In this document: positions 12,101-20,718 of the stretch, one piece after another
Layout: every line of letters begins with the position of its first letter
How positions within the stretch are numbered: position 1 is the stretch's first letter
Source of the DNA: a virus
Lineage: Duplodnaviria > Caudoviricetes
IMG/VR virus record: IMGVR_UViG_3300037478_000510
Coordinates: 4,092 to 68,091 of that record
Length of the DNA stretch: 64,000 nt
Strand: one strand, 5' to 3'
The notes under the pieces: generated by a model
Databases searched by the model: none
Seen by the model: only the letters and a program-made list of their open reading frames with translations
Told to the model about the DNA's origin: nothing
Translations under genes and position numbers: made by a program

Positions 12101-15100
12101 CGGGGCGAGGTGGGCGCCCGTGAGGAGGGGCCGGTCCGTACCCTGCGGGAGATCGAGCGGGATCGTGGAATCATCCCCGAGCGCGGCATTGTTCCACGGG
12201 TAGTAGAAGAAGAGGGTGAGGCGTCCGATTTCCTGCCCGAGGGTGCAGAAGTCGAGGAACCGGAAGGCCCGCCGCCGAAAGCGGTTGCGGTGCCCGGTCA
12301 GTCGGCGCCGGACTTCCTCGAACGGCGGGTCTACCACGGCTCGCCGTACCGCTACGCTCGTCCTGACTTGTCCAGAATAGGCACGGGTGAGGGCGCCGCC
12401 GCCTATGGCTGGGGCTACTACGTGGCCGATTCGCGCAACGTCGGCGACACCTACCGCAGGCAGTTGTCGATTCGGCAGGCCATCGAGGAGGACTACGACA
12501 ACCCGGTGGCGCGTGCAGCCAGCGCGGTAGCCACGTGGGGCAGCGAGACGGAAGCGCTGAAGGTGCTGCGGAATAATGAGTCGTCAGCGACCAATGACGC
12601 AGCCATTCAGGCCATCGAGGATGGTAGCTACAAGGACTACCCGTTCCCTGAAGGCTTCCTGTACGAGATCGAGGTGGATGACGCGGTCGTCGAGCGCATG
12701 CTGGACTGGGATAGGCCGCTGAGTGAGCAGGGCGAGCATATTCAGGCTGCTTTCAGTGAGGTTTATGAGGAACCGATCTCTGCAATGCGGCGATTTACCG
12801 GCGAAGACCTGTATCGCGACTTGGCGGCTAACCTCGAATCACAGGAGTCAGCATCTGAACGCTTGCGTGAACTCGGCATCCCCGGCATTCGTTATTTCGA
12901 TGCGTCCAGCCGCCCGTCGAGTCGGCAGGCGGCGCGCGCCACGCAAGGCTTCATCACCCCATTGGTCAATGCGGTCAAGGGCAAGGCGGAGCGTGAGCCG
13001 ACCCGCAACTACGTGCTGTTCGATGAAAGCGACATTCAGATCGTGTCGCGCAATGGTGAGCCGATCCGTGAGGATATGCTGTATCGCCGGGAGCGGCCGG
13101 GTCAGGTCAGTTGGGAGAGCGAGCCGGGCCGGACCACCGATCATTTGCCGGAGTTGCGGGACGCACCGCAGGCCATCAAAGAGACCTATCATCGTGCGCT
13201 GTCCAAGGCTTTTCTGGACGCGGAAGGCAAGGATCGGCTGGCAGCGGGTTTGAACCTGCCCTCGCCGGGCGACTTCGAGGGGCCGGGTTATTTCGAGGGC
13301 CGTTCGACGCCCGGCACGCAAACCGAGTTCACGGCAACCCATGACCTCGAAGCACGGGTCGATGCCTATGCGGCGGCGCGCGGTATTCTGTTGCGGCAGG
13401 ACGGTGTGGGTTGGCATCGTCCGTTCACCGACCGGCCGATCGACCGGGCCGACGCCAATGGCTACGAGATCGACATCGGTCGGCCCTTCACTGAACGGGA
13501 AATCGGTGATCTGGCTGATTTGATGGCGCAACGCGCCGGGCACCGCGAGTACAATCCGATCGCAACCCGTAAGGGCGTGCGGCTGATCCGCTTCGACTAC
13601 CTGACGGAAAGCAACCTGGACTTTCAGCAGTGGGTGGAATCAGCGCTCACCGAATTACGCCTTGACAGCAATGACAAGGGCATGGGAACCTTGTTCCGTG
13701 CCCAAACCGGGTATCTGGCAAACAACTGGAATGGAGGCGCCGATGGCCGCAATTACCTACAGACTGGCCGACTCGCCGAGCGACCCGATCTACAAGGAAG
13801 GGTTCGTGATCTCGTCGCCGAAATCGAACCAAGGGTTCGCTCCGTCGAAGCAGCCTTCGCCAGTCAATACGGCTGGACCCGTGGCGGCGACCTCCTCTAC
13901 TCCCGCCGACTTGCAGGACCTGCCCTTCGACCCGGCAGAGGAAGCGCTGAAGCTGATCAAGGACTGATTCTTTCCGGCCGGGTTGCACCGGGCGCAAGCA
14001 CCTTCAAAGCCGTTCATTACGGCAAGCAGCCGGTCTCCACGCTGGAGGCTGAACGTTTCGGCTCCGGCATCCGGGGTGCGGAGGCCCGGCGCCTGGCATC
14101 GGCCACCGATCCGCGCATCAAGCGCCGGGTGTATTTCTACATCGAGCCGGACTATGCGGCTGTCGATCCCTACATGAGGGACAAGCTGGCAGGCCGCACA
14201 CAGCGCCCCGAGGCGGGCTTGGGTCCGCATGTTCACACCCAGACCTTTGGCAACATCCTCGATGTCACCACGCCGGTAGCGAACCGCTTCAAGGGCCTTG
14301 GCGCCAATGAGTTCGAATCGGCGGTCATCGACGCCGGGTACGACGGCTACGCGGTGCCTTCGCAGGGCATGATGGTGGTCCTGAATCAGGATGTGCCGGT
14401 CAGTTACCTCGGTCCGCATTATGAGCTGGAGCAGCAGGGTATTCCGGCGCGTAGTGACCGGATTTCCGCGATCGTTGCTGAGAACACGTCAGCAGCAAAG
14501 CGCACCATGGCCACTCATGCGATCCCGCTGTATTCCCATCTGGCTTCGCCGGAAGCGCAGTACATCGCACGTCACCCCGAGGAGGCGCAGAAGCCGACGG
14601 ACGATTTCCTGCGCTCGCGCCTGCGTCCGGCCGACTACAATCCGGTCGCTTCAGCCGCCCCGCCGAGCGACCGTAGCCCGTATTCCTACTACGACCTGGC
14701 GACCGGCACGCTGGAGACCCCCAGCCGGTTCCAGTATTACGTGGACAAGGTGCGCCAGGCGGCGGTGACCCGCTATGCCCGGCTGGAGCGATTGGGCTGG
14801 ACCACCGATCTGCGCGAGAATCTGGCCGACACCAGTTCCCTTGCCGCTGCTCTGATGGCGGATCGTGCGCTGGCTATTGTGGCATCTTCCATCAAATCTG
14901 GGGCACCCGTGTATGTCATGGGTCAGTTATTTGTGGTCAACAAAAACACCATTCCCGAGATGATGAAGGTCAACCCGGAGATGGCAACCAAGCTGCAGCA
15001 GGCTTTGGCCGAGTACGGCATCGACCCGAATCAGGTGAAATCCTTGATTGAGGTGATGGCGCCGCTCTACTCCGAGCAGTACGGCAACCTCAAGCAAGCT

Positions 15101-17299
15101 GCACAGGACTACGCCATCGCGCAGCGCTCAATCCGGCTCAATGCGGACGGCAAAAAGGTGCCGGTGACGCCGCAGATGCGCATGCAGATCGAGCGGCAAA
15201 TTGCGCAGTTTGTCGATCCGGCGACCGGCCAGAACATCATCAAGCACTGGTACAAGGACTGGCAGGACTACAACAATCAGGTCATCACCATGGCCGAGCG
15301 GGCCGGTGTGCTGAATGACAAGACGGCGCAGTTGTGGCGCGAGATGTCCGACTACTACCCGTTCTACCGGGTGGCTGAGGGCGGCGGTGAGACCTTCCGG
15401 CAGGGCCAGCGGGTGTTCGGCGGCATGACGGCGGCGGTGTCCCTGCGCAAGTTGAAAGGCGGCGAGTCGCCGATCAACATGGACCTCGAAGAAGCCATTT
15501 CCCTTAACCTGTCAGCCATGATCCAGATGAGCATGAAGAACATCGCGCAGCAACGCATCACGCGCGACCTGGTGCATCATGGACTGGCCGAAGAACTGCA
15601 ACCGGGGCGCAACAGTCAAGCGCCCGTGGTCGAGTTTCGGGTGGCCGGACGCAAGCGGCGCTATACCATCTTCGACCCGCTGGTGTATGAATCCATGCTG
15701 CCGCTGGACGGCACCGAGGTGGTGGCGTTCATCAAGCACACCTTCGGCTTGCCCGCCACCGCCCTGCGCGAACTGGTGACCCGCGATCCCGGTTTCATGA
15801 TGGTCAACCTGCTGCGGGACAGCCTGTCGGCCTACGTTACCTCCGGGGCGAAACTCGTACCGATCGCCAGCACCTTCAAGGGCCTGTTCGATGGCGTCGA
15901 GCGGTTGGAGAAGATGGGTGTGGTCGGCGGCTACGATTACGCCAACGATCCAGACAACATCAGCGAGTTTTGGAGCAAGGCACTGCGGGCACACCACGCC
16001 AAAGGCACCACCAGCCTGAACGCCTTCAAGTTGATGTGGGATGCTCTGGGCCGGGGCACCACCGCCTCCGATGCGGCCACCCGTAACGCAGTGTTCGACG
16101 ATGTGCTGCGGCGCACCGGCAACATGGCCGAGGCCAGCTTCCAGGCCATGGAGGTGATCAACTTCGGTCGGCGCGGCCGCAGCCCGCTGGTCCGCATGCT
16201 GACCTCGGTGGTGCCGTTCCTAAACGCGCGTATTCAGGGTGTGGACCTTCTGTACCGCTCCGGTGTGGGCATGTACACCGCCGATCGCAGCAAGAACCGT
16301 GCCCAGGTGGCTGCTGCCGCTATCGCTCGTGGCAGCCTGCTGATGGGCGCCACCGCGCTGTACTGGTTGCTGGTCAGCGACGACGACCAGTACAAGGATG
16401 CGGATGACTTCGTGCGCGATAACAACTGGCTCATCCCGACGCCATGGGGCGTGCCACAGAAAATCCCGATCCCGTTCGAGGTGGGCTTGATCTTCAAGAC
16501 CCTCCCGGAGACGGTGCTGGCGACGACCTACGGTGAGAAAACCGCCAAGGAAGCCAAGGAAACTTTGAAGCGCGGGATTGGCAGCACCCTGGAACTCAGC
16601 CCGTTTCAGGTGCAGTTCATGGGGCCGCTGCTCGAAGCGACCGCCAATTACAACTCGTTCACCGGGCGGCAGGTGGTACCGCAGTACCTGATGGACACCA
16701 CCACGTCGGGCTTGCAGTCGAACCTGTATACATGGGAGATGGTGAAGTGGGCGGGCAAGAAGCTGAACATCAGCCCGATGAAGATTCAGCACGTCATCGA
16801 GGGTTACGTGGGCACCATCGGCCAGTACGCCTTCGACTGGGCGGATGTGGCGCTGAAAAGCCATACCCTCAAGGGCGACGACCGGGCGGTGCTGCCGACC
16901 CGGCAGTGGTACGAGTACCCGATGATCAAGCGGTTGGTGGGCGAGGAGAATGCCGGGGGTCTGGTGCAGGATGCCTATGACCTGTACCGGGATGTGGACA
17001 AGACCTACCAGACCATGAACTCGTTGAAGGACGATGGCCGTACCGCCGAGCTACTGGCCTACATCCGCAATCGCGAGCACCTGCTGGCGCTGCGCAAGCC
17101 GATGAACAACGTCAAGGAAGTGCTGGACACGATTCGGCGCCAGCGCGAGATGATCATGCGCGCCGATGCCCCGGCGGAGGTGAAGTTTCAGCAGATCAAG
17201 GCGCTGGAGGAGCAGACCAATATCCTGCTGCGCGGTATTGTGCCGCAATTGAAAGAGGCGGCCAAACAGCCGTTCTTCGAGCGCACCTTCTACGATTAA
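9125..17299 (+). CDS. giant polyvalent internal virion protein (HExxH peptidase-like, two ART-like segments, LPD38-like C-terminus)
   Basis: 2724 aa; HEMVH at 11753-11767; YHGSP...IGTGEG...YGWGYY segment from ~12326; second HYG...GSGIRGAE...RVYFY segment ~14000-14420; DDDQY...RDNNWLIP...IPIPFEVG near the C-terminus. Confidence 0.75.
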   Translation: MDIRLPNGMLIRGVPEGTRKEDIARKAIERGLATTADFHDLESETTLLGRSGEFLKGIPRGFASSLATGVEGIGELGDAVTNRLGLEDWVDAGDDNPLVAFGRRSNEAIQSSLAAAPGYEDLWTTKFGDALGSLASFLTPAGGAKLIGLTGKVAKHLPVGGFAIGVGAGEQTQRIQQAREQGIEVPDEAEDWATLSAGVVGLSELAPVSAIMRGLPADVLTQPFMKTLMPRLKSALASGSVEAVQEVTAGIAQNAIEKGFYNPDRPFVDGNAWDELTLGGAAGATADLLLNSIAGRRITGITAQQRELEKKLRQEEADRLAKVATAPLPEEGPQSIAGLLPTPEAVEPVAAARRLAEGVDFPTSTTFTSLDADGQPSLTVRDENGTTFGPQFKDPAEAAVFARVLNEEALNRNVDEAVDLAINQSGQDYSPGALQGLKRLGRRLFHPAENTVTREQVNYAADTVLERGYTNEQMTAQEALDAGVTPQKMTAAQRINARRLRNGQQESNQFSMAEARTVLGDKFGRLAEFDSIPLGANETFAAQKHGEGYMVHSNLGEMVKSRPATATEQLNTPTTRRYAFKTKKEADSYAAYLNGKRNDLIRRSELKDESEISVADIRGLLKSKNIASEIDSQEVRAIAEAITGRKARGRSSVADMSSGERAMLYRKLRSLPAFGQPTRLPVFGLRPYTPAQYRYARQTALERAGSMEGTAAGKALPAREDIETQAGPLSEAAYQQLSSDLGLDARLQRDIEVEQNRARQLRAREQRQAQQTAQKTQAQQNEFNRIMKALRKNLQGYGLDRFKTRVMDYVRFAQRTPAGATRLGARREAEAEGGFDKPLNEIFIAIEAIKTNPEYVKAPEAEKAATLERLAVETLNHEMVHAMRQADLFTNIEWQVLERAARSKPKTWQARDGSERRGSYTEWASELYSDVSPVGQMEEAIAEMVRDSLSGRLDIGGRPKSLLKRIVEFLKGIVGLKAEGYDTFEDIIAAVQRGEVGAREEGPVRTLREIERDRGIIPERGIVPRVVEEEGEASDFLPEGAEVEEPEGPPPKAVAVPGQSAPDFLERRVYHGSPYRYARPDLSRIGTGEGAAAYGWGYYVADSRNVGDTYRRQLSIRQAIEEDYDNPVARAASAVATWGSETEALKVLRNNESSATNDAAIQAIEDGSYKDYPFPEGFLYEIEVDDAVVERMLDWDRPLSEQGEHIQAAFSEVYEEPISAMRRFTGEDLYRDLAANLESQESASERLRELGIPGIRYFDASSRPSSRQAARATQGFITPLVNAVKGKAEREPTRNYVLFDESDIQIVSRNGEPIREDMLYRRERPGQVSWESEPGRTTDHLPELRDAPQAIKETYHRALSKAFLDAEGKDRLAAGLNLPSPGDFEGPGYFEGRSTPGTQTEFTATHDLEARVDAYAAARGILLRQDGVGWHRPFTDRPIDRADANGYEIDIGRPFTEREIGDLADLMAQRAGHREYNPIATRKGVRLIRFDYLTESNLDFQQWVESALTELRLDSNDKGMGTLFRAQTGYLANNWNGGADGRNYLQTGRLAERPDLQGRVRDLVAEIEPRVRSVEAAFASQYGWTRGGDLLYSRRLAGPALRPGRGSAEADQGLILSGRVAPGASTFKAVHYGKQPVSTLEAERFGSGIRGAEARRLASATDPRIKRRVYFYIEPDYAAVDPYMRDKLAGRTQRPEAGLGPHVHTQTFGNILDVTTPVANRFKGLGANEFESAVIDAGYDGYAVPSQGMMVVLNQDVPVSYLGPHYELEQQGIPARSDRISAIVAENTSAAKRTMATHAIPLYSHLASPEAQYIARHPEEAQKPTDDFLRSRLRPADYNPVASAAPPSDRSPYSYYDLATGTLETPSRFQYYVDKVRQAAVTRYARLERLGWTTDLRENLADTSSLAAALMADRALAIVASSIKSGAPVYVMGQLFVVNKNTIPEMMKVNPEMATKLQQALAEYGIDPNQVKSLIEVMAPLYSEQYGNLKQAAQDYAIAQRSIRLNADGKKVPVTPQMRMQIERQIAQFVDPATGQNIIKHWYKDWQDYNNQVITMAERAGVLNDKTAQLWREMSDYYPFYRVAEGGGETFRQGQRVFGGMTAAVSLRKLKGGESPINMDLEEAISLNLSAMIQMSMKNIAQQRITRDLVHHGLAEELQPGRNSQAPVVEFRVAGRKRRYTIFDPLVYESMLPLDGTEVVAFIKHTFGLPATALRELVTRDPGFMMVNLLRDSLSAYVTSGAKLVPIASTFKGLFDGVERLEKMGVVGGYDYANDPDNISEFWSKALRAHHAKGTTSLNAFKLMWDALGRGTTASDAATRNAVFDDVLRRTGNMAEASFQAMEVINFGRRGRSPLVRMLTSVVPFLNARIQGVDLLYRSGVGMYTADRSKNRAQVAAAAIARGSLLMGATALYWLLVSDDDQYKDADDFVRDNNWLIPTPWGVPQKIPIPFEVGLIFKTLPETVLATTYGEKTAKEAKETLKRGIGSTLELSPFQVQFMGPLLEATANYNSFTGRQVVPQYLMDTTTSGLQSNLYTWEMVKWAGKKLNISPMKIQHVIEGYVGTIGQYAFDWADVALKSHTLKGDDRAVLPTRQWYEYPMIKRLVGEENAGGLVQDAYDLYRDVDKTYQTMNSLKDDGRTAELLAYIRNREHLLALRKPMNNVKEVLDTIRRQREMIMRADAPAEVKFQQIKALEEQTNILLRGIVPQLKEAAKQPFFERTFYD

Positions 17300-17325
17300 A
17301 AACGCCCGGCTACCAGACCGGGCGT
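17297..17325 (-). terminator. hairpin after the giant gene (U-tract on the minus strand)
   Basis: ACGCCCGG (17302-09) / CCGGGCGT (17318-25), preceded by an A-run on the + strand. Confidence 0.5.
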
Positions 17326-17436
17326 CTGCCCACCAACATGGGAATTGGGCTTGAGGAACCCCATGAGCAAAAGGGCAAAATGGAGTATAGTTGATTTCGC
17401 GAGTGCCGTAAATTCACCAACATGGGAGATGAAGTA

Positions 17437-18138
17437 ATGGATTTCAGAGACATGACCTACAGCGAGGCCGAGACTGCGTATCTGGCCCTGTTGACCGAGA
17501 ACGAAAACCTCAAGGCGCACGTGGCTGCGCTAGAGGCCAAGCTGGGCATTAAGGAGCCATCGCCGGAAGCGCCGTTGAAGCACTTCGCAACGCTGGAGGA
17601 GCTGGAAGCGGCTGGTGAGTCGGCCTGGGAGAAGTGGCCCGATGAGCCGGCAACCTGGCGTCGGCCGGAGTTCCGGCAAATTGCCATGACGATGCAGGCT
17701 GGAGGATTCAACGAGCGGTATCGTGCAGCCGGTCACCACCTGCCCTACCGTAACGTGATCGTGGACGAATTGGCCGCTGAAGTGCGCCGCATGGGCGGCA
17801 CCGGCTGGGACGCCGAACGGAAGCGTGGTGGCAACGCCAACGAGGACATCACCAATCTGGCCAACCTGCGCCTGCTCAATTCCATCAACCCGATCTGGAT
17901 GGCGCTCGTGCAACAGGACGACGACAACTGGGAAGGCGACAAGAAAGATCAGTTGGAGTTCGTGGCGTGGTACGCGGGGCGGGTGAAAGAAGGCAAGGCC
18001 GGCCTGCGTCATTCAACCAAGCGCTGGGAGCTTTACTCGCAGTTCTCAGACCACCTGAAAGTGTTCCGCGACGTTTACGGCGGCGACTACGATCCGGGCA
18101 ATCCGAAGCGGCCGATCCCGGTGACACCGGCCCAGTAA
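17437..18138 (+). CDS. hypothetical protein
   Basis: GGAG 8 nt before the ATG at 17437; genome-typical codon usage. Confidence 0.7.
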   Translation: MDFRDMTYSEAETAYLALLTENENLKAHVAALEAKLGIKEPSPEAPLKHFATLEELEAAGESAWEKWPDEPATWRRPEFRQIAMTMQAGGFNERYRAAGHHLPYRNVIVDELAAEVRRMGGTGWDAERKRGGNANEDITNLANLRLLNSINPIWMALVQQDDDNWEGDKKDQLEFVAWYAGRVKEGKAGLRHSTKRWELYSQFSDHLKVFRDVYGGDYDPGNPKRPIPVTPAQ

Positions 18139-18163
18139 GCCGTAATCTACAACATGTCAATGA

Positions 18164-18187
18164 GAAGGCCCCCTAACCGGGGCCTTC
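18164..18187. terminator. hairpin at a convergent gene junction
   Basis: GAAGGCCCC-ctaacc-GGGGCCTTC between convergent genes. Confidence 0.5.
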
Positions 18188-18334
18188 CTCGTCCAGCCAC
18201 TGCTGATACTCCATCTCTGCCTCGAACTGCTCCATCATGCGGTGCTCGGCCTCCTCAATCTGACGCGCTACCGACTCCGCATCTTCACCACGATACCCGG
18301 CGTCCAGCGCCATCTGCATAAAGGGATCAGGCAT
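18173..18334 (-). CDS. small acidic hypothetical protein (53 aa)
   Basis: GGAG RBS; ATG overlaps the upstream TAA. Confidence 0.55.
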   Translation of the reverse strand: MPDPFMQMALDAGYRGEDAESVARQIEEAEHRMMEQFEAEMEYQQWLDEEGPG

Positions 18335-18528
18335 TACCGTGCTCCTCGCTCGATGCGGCTGATCTCTTGCCGCATGTTCTTCAGCACCGTCTGGTCGTTT
18401 TTGGGTGAACCGCAGCACACCACATTTCGTCGGCCATTACTGAGGATGCAGTGCCCGGTGTAGCGGACCAGCCGCCAGCCGGGAAAGTTTTTCAGTTCCT
18501 TGCGAATCAATAGTTCGAGTTTGCTCAT
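18334..18528 (-). CDS. small basic protein, possibly HicA-like dsRBD fold
   Basis: GW.L...TGH..L......V....SP...  ..LKN.R..I.R pattern; 64 aa. Confidence 0.45.
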   Translation of the reverse strand: MSKLELLIRKELKNFPGWRLVRYTGHCILSNGRRNVVCCGSPKNDQTVLKNMRQEISRIERGAR

Positions 18529-19175
18529 CGTCGCCCCTCCATCAACATTCTATACAGTCGGCGGTTTTGGGCATCTTCTGCGGTAATCCATGCAGTAGTC
18601 CATTCGGGAGTGAATATGGCATTCTTTAGAGCGATAACTTCTGTGGCAGCCTGCAGGGCAGCTATTGCGGTAGTCCGTGCGGCAACCTGTGCAGTGACTT
18701 TTGCGGTAGCTTGCACGACAGACCATGCGGCAGTCCGTGCGATAGTATTATTTTCGGTATTGTATTTATGTGCGGCGTTGTGTGCAGCGTTGCGCGCAGA
18801 ATCCAATAATGACTTATCCCCGTTGCGCAGGTAGCGGATTGCAATATTTGGGGCATTCCATAGGTGGGCGACATCTAATGTGCATAGCCGCGTGAATTTT
18901 TTCAACACATCGGTTGCGTCATATCCCCACAAATGGGCACACTCTGTAGCTACTACCTGGTTCTCGTCGTGCGTAATTATACCGCCCAGATCAATTCTCC
19001 ATATGTATGAGCCAAGAGCATATCTCAACGAGTCCCATGGGCGTGTGCAGCCACGCAATTTGTATGGACGCAACTCAGGATCATCCTCGACCGTGTGTGT
19101 AATTCCTGACTTGATTCTACGTTTGTCATCAAAGCTCAGATGATCCGGATTCTCGCTGAAATACCAAGCTTTCAT
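18525..19175 (-). CDS. phage protein with a degenerate Ala-rich (AAWAAA-type) C-terminal repeat
   Basis: N-terminal KAWYF...L.GC.RP.D.L.YA.G...R..L.G pattern; LDVAHLW.AP...RYL..GD; ends AQNRRL..ML. Confidence 0.7.
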   Translation of the reverse strand: MKAWYFSENPDHLSFDDKRRIKSGITHTVEDDPELRPYKLRGCTRPWDSLRYALGSYIWRIDLGGIITHDENQVVATECAHLWGYDATDVLKKFTRLCTLDVAHLWNAPNIAIRYLRNGDKSLLDSARNAAHNAAHKYNTENNTIARTAAWSVVQATAKVTAQVAARTTAIAALQAATEVIALKNAIFTPEWTTAWITAEDAQNRRLYRMLMEGRR

Positions 19176-19342
19176 AGACCCTCCTCGGTGGGTTCAATGG
19201 GGTCAACCACCGCCCCGCATTCAGGGCAGTGGCGGGCGTCGTCCTCCAGTAGTTCAACGACAGGCGCGGTGTAATGCACCGTCTTGCGCTCCGGCCCGAT
19301 CCAGGGGCACTCGCTGCAGGCGTAGTGGCGGTCGTCAGTCAT
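19172..19342 (-). CDS. small zinc-ribbon protein (56 aa; not in the ORF track)
   Basis: CSEC...CPEC; TGA overlaps the next ATG. Confidence 0.6.
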   Translation of the reverse strand: MTDDRHYACSECPWIGPERKTVHYTAPVVELLEDDARHCPECGAVVDPIEPTEEGL

Positions 19343-19730
19343 CGGATTTTTCCAGTTGATACTTAACTAGGATGACGCGGAGTTCGCTGACTTTAATCCA
19401 CCGTTCATCGTCCATCGTGAGTTCCGCGTTGGTTACAAATGCCTCTACTGCGTCATACCTACGCAACCCCCCAACCTCCCGCAGCGCGGCTTCGGCGCGG
19501 TCAAGGTTGCAGTATGGACAACCAAGCGCAGAAGCGAGTGCGTCGGCGGTGCTTAGGAACGGATGGTCATTGCAGACCATGTAGGCACCGGGCAGGCCGT
19601 TTTCCAATTGCTTCAGCCGGTCGATATCGTTGAGCCGCTGTATCACCTCGACAACGGTGAGTGGTTGGCCGTCATACAGGATGACGGCGCCATCTTCGCA
19701 CACCCCCTCTGAGTAGCGTCCGTCAGTCAC
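19335..19730 (-). CDS. hypothetical protein
   Basis: GTG start coupled to the upstream stop; CxxH...CPYC. Confidence 0.55.
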   Translation of the reverse strand: MTDGRYSEGVCEDGAVILYDGQPLTVVEVIQRLNDIDRLKQLENGLPGAYMVCNDHPFLSTADALASALGCPYCNLDRAEAALREVGGLRRYDAVEAFVTNAELTMDDERWIKVSELRVILVKYQLEKSDD

Positions 19731-19989
19731 CGGTCGTCTCCGGCGGTTTTTGCACCTCCACAATCACTGCCGCCAAACCGGATGTGTCGATGGTGTACTC
19801 GCATTCCGGATCGAGTTCATGCTGCAGCCGCAGGCGCTTCCACCACAGGTCGTTCTGCCGGCTCAGTTCGGCAAGCCGGTTGTTGACGAAATTGATGTGC
19901 AGGTTGAGAGTGATTTCGGTGATCTGCTTATCCAGCCGAATCTCGTCGAGTTCGCGAACCTCCTCAGCGGTCAAGCGGATTGGTGTCAT
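19723..19989 (-). CDS. hypothetical protein
   Basis: In-operon ORF with good codon usage. Confidence 0.55.
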   Translation of the reverse strand: MTPIRLTAEEVRELDEIRLDKQITEITLNLHINFVNNRLAELSRQNDLWWKRLRLQHELDPECEYTIDTSGLAAVIVEVQKPPETTGD

Positions 19990-20266
19990 CGTCGTTTCCT
20001 GTGTCGTCCCATGGCGCACGCTGCTCCGGCACCGACTCCTCGCCATCGGCGATGCGGGCGTAGTAGTCGGCCTTCGCCCGGTAATAGGTGCGGGTCAGCC
20101 CATCCAGTATGCGGCGCCCTTCGGGGCTGCCCTGCTCTACGAAGAAGCTCTTGATCTGATCCGCCGTGGCGGGTGTTTCCAGAGCGTTGCCCAACTCCAG
20201 CCCCAACGCCAACAGCTGGTCCTTGCTGATGGTCTCGGTGAACTCAATCTTCACTTTCATCTTCAT
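19964..20266 (-). CDS. hypothetical protein
   Basis: GGAG RBS; in-operon ORF. Confidence 0.55.
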   Translation of the reverse strand: MKMKVKIEFTETISKDQLLALGLELGNALETPATADQIKSFFVEQGSPEGRRILDGLTRTYYRAKADYYARIADGEESVPEQRAPWDDTGNDDDTNPLDR

Positions 20267-20705
20267 AATCTCCCGTGTCTTTGATGGGTGGTGGCACCAC
20301 GAATTCATGATCGGCTGCCACTCGTATTAACGTGTCAATCAGAACGCTGTACTGTATTCGGTCGGCGGTGCTGCTTCTGTTTAATGGTCGCCTTATTAAT
20401 CCGAGTTTCGTATGAATTGTTTCACTACCGTAAGCCTCACACAAAAGATACTCATGGCATTCATCAGGGTACATCCCACAGAAGCTCGCGAAGGCGTTCT
20501 TCCACTTGTGGTAATAGCCGCGCTGTGGATCGGTTTGGCGGTGCTGCAGGGCGGTCAGATTCAGCCGTACCCCGTCCTTCGCCTCCTGCACCACATCGCT
20601 CAGGGCGGCCGTTAGTTCAGGGAAGGAGTGCCGCAGCAACAGGCGGAACAGCAGCAACTGCCGCGAACCTTCTGCGCCTGCGAATATGGTCTCGTATTCC
20701 TGCAT
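20244..20705 (-). CDS. NinB-like recombination accessory protein
   Basis: RQT..Q..YY.......FCG....E.HE.L....YG...RSST.....YS.LID......A pattern of NinB-family proteins. Confidence 0.6.
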   Translation of the reverse strand: MQEYETIFAGAEGSRQLLLFRLLLRHSFPELTAALSDVVQEAKDGVRLNLTALQHRQTDPQRGYYHKWKNAFASFCGMYPDECHEYLLCEAYGSETIHTKLGLIRRPLNRSSTADRIQYSVLIDTLIRVAADHEFVVPPPIKDTGDYEDESED

Positions 20706-20718
20706 CCCTCGTCCTTTA

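Noticed and set aside
2045-17520. Long antisense ORFs opposite structural genes (e.g. 4206-5795, 6385-7506; likewise 25230-26324, 49777-50940 and 57443-58786 outside this span)
   Set aside because: Shadow frames expected at high GC; no motifs or RBS.
18525-19175. Diversity-generating retroelement target
   Set aside because: No reverse transcriptase or template/variable repeat pair was seen in the window, and the inferred changes are at G/C rather than adenine-specific.
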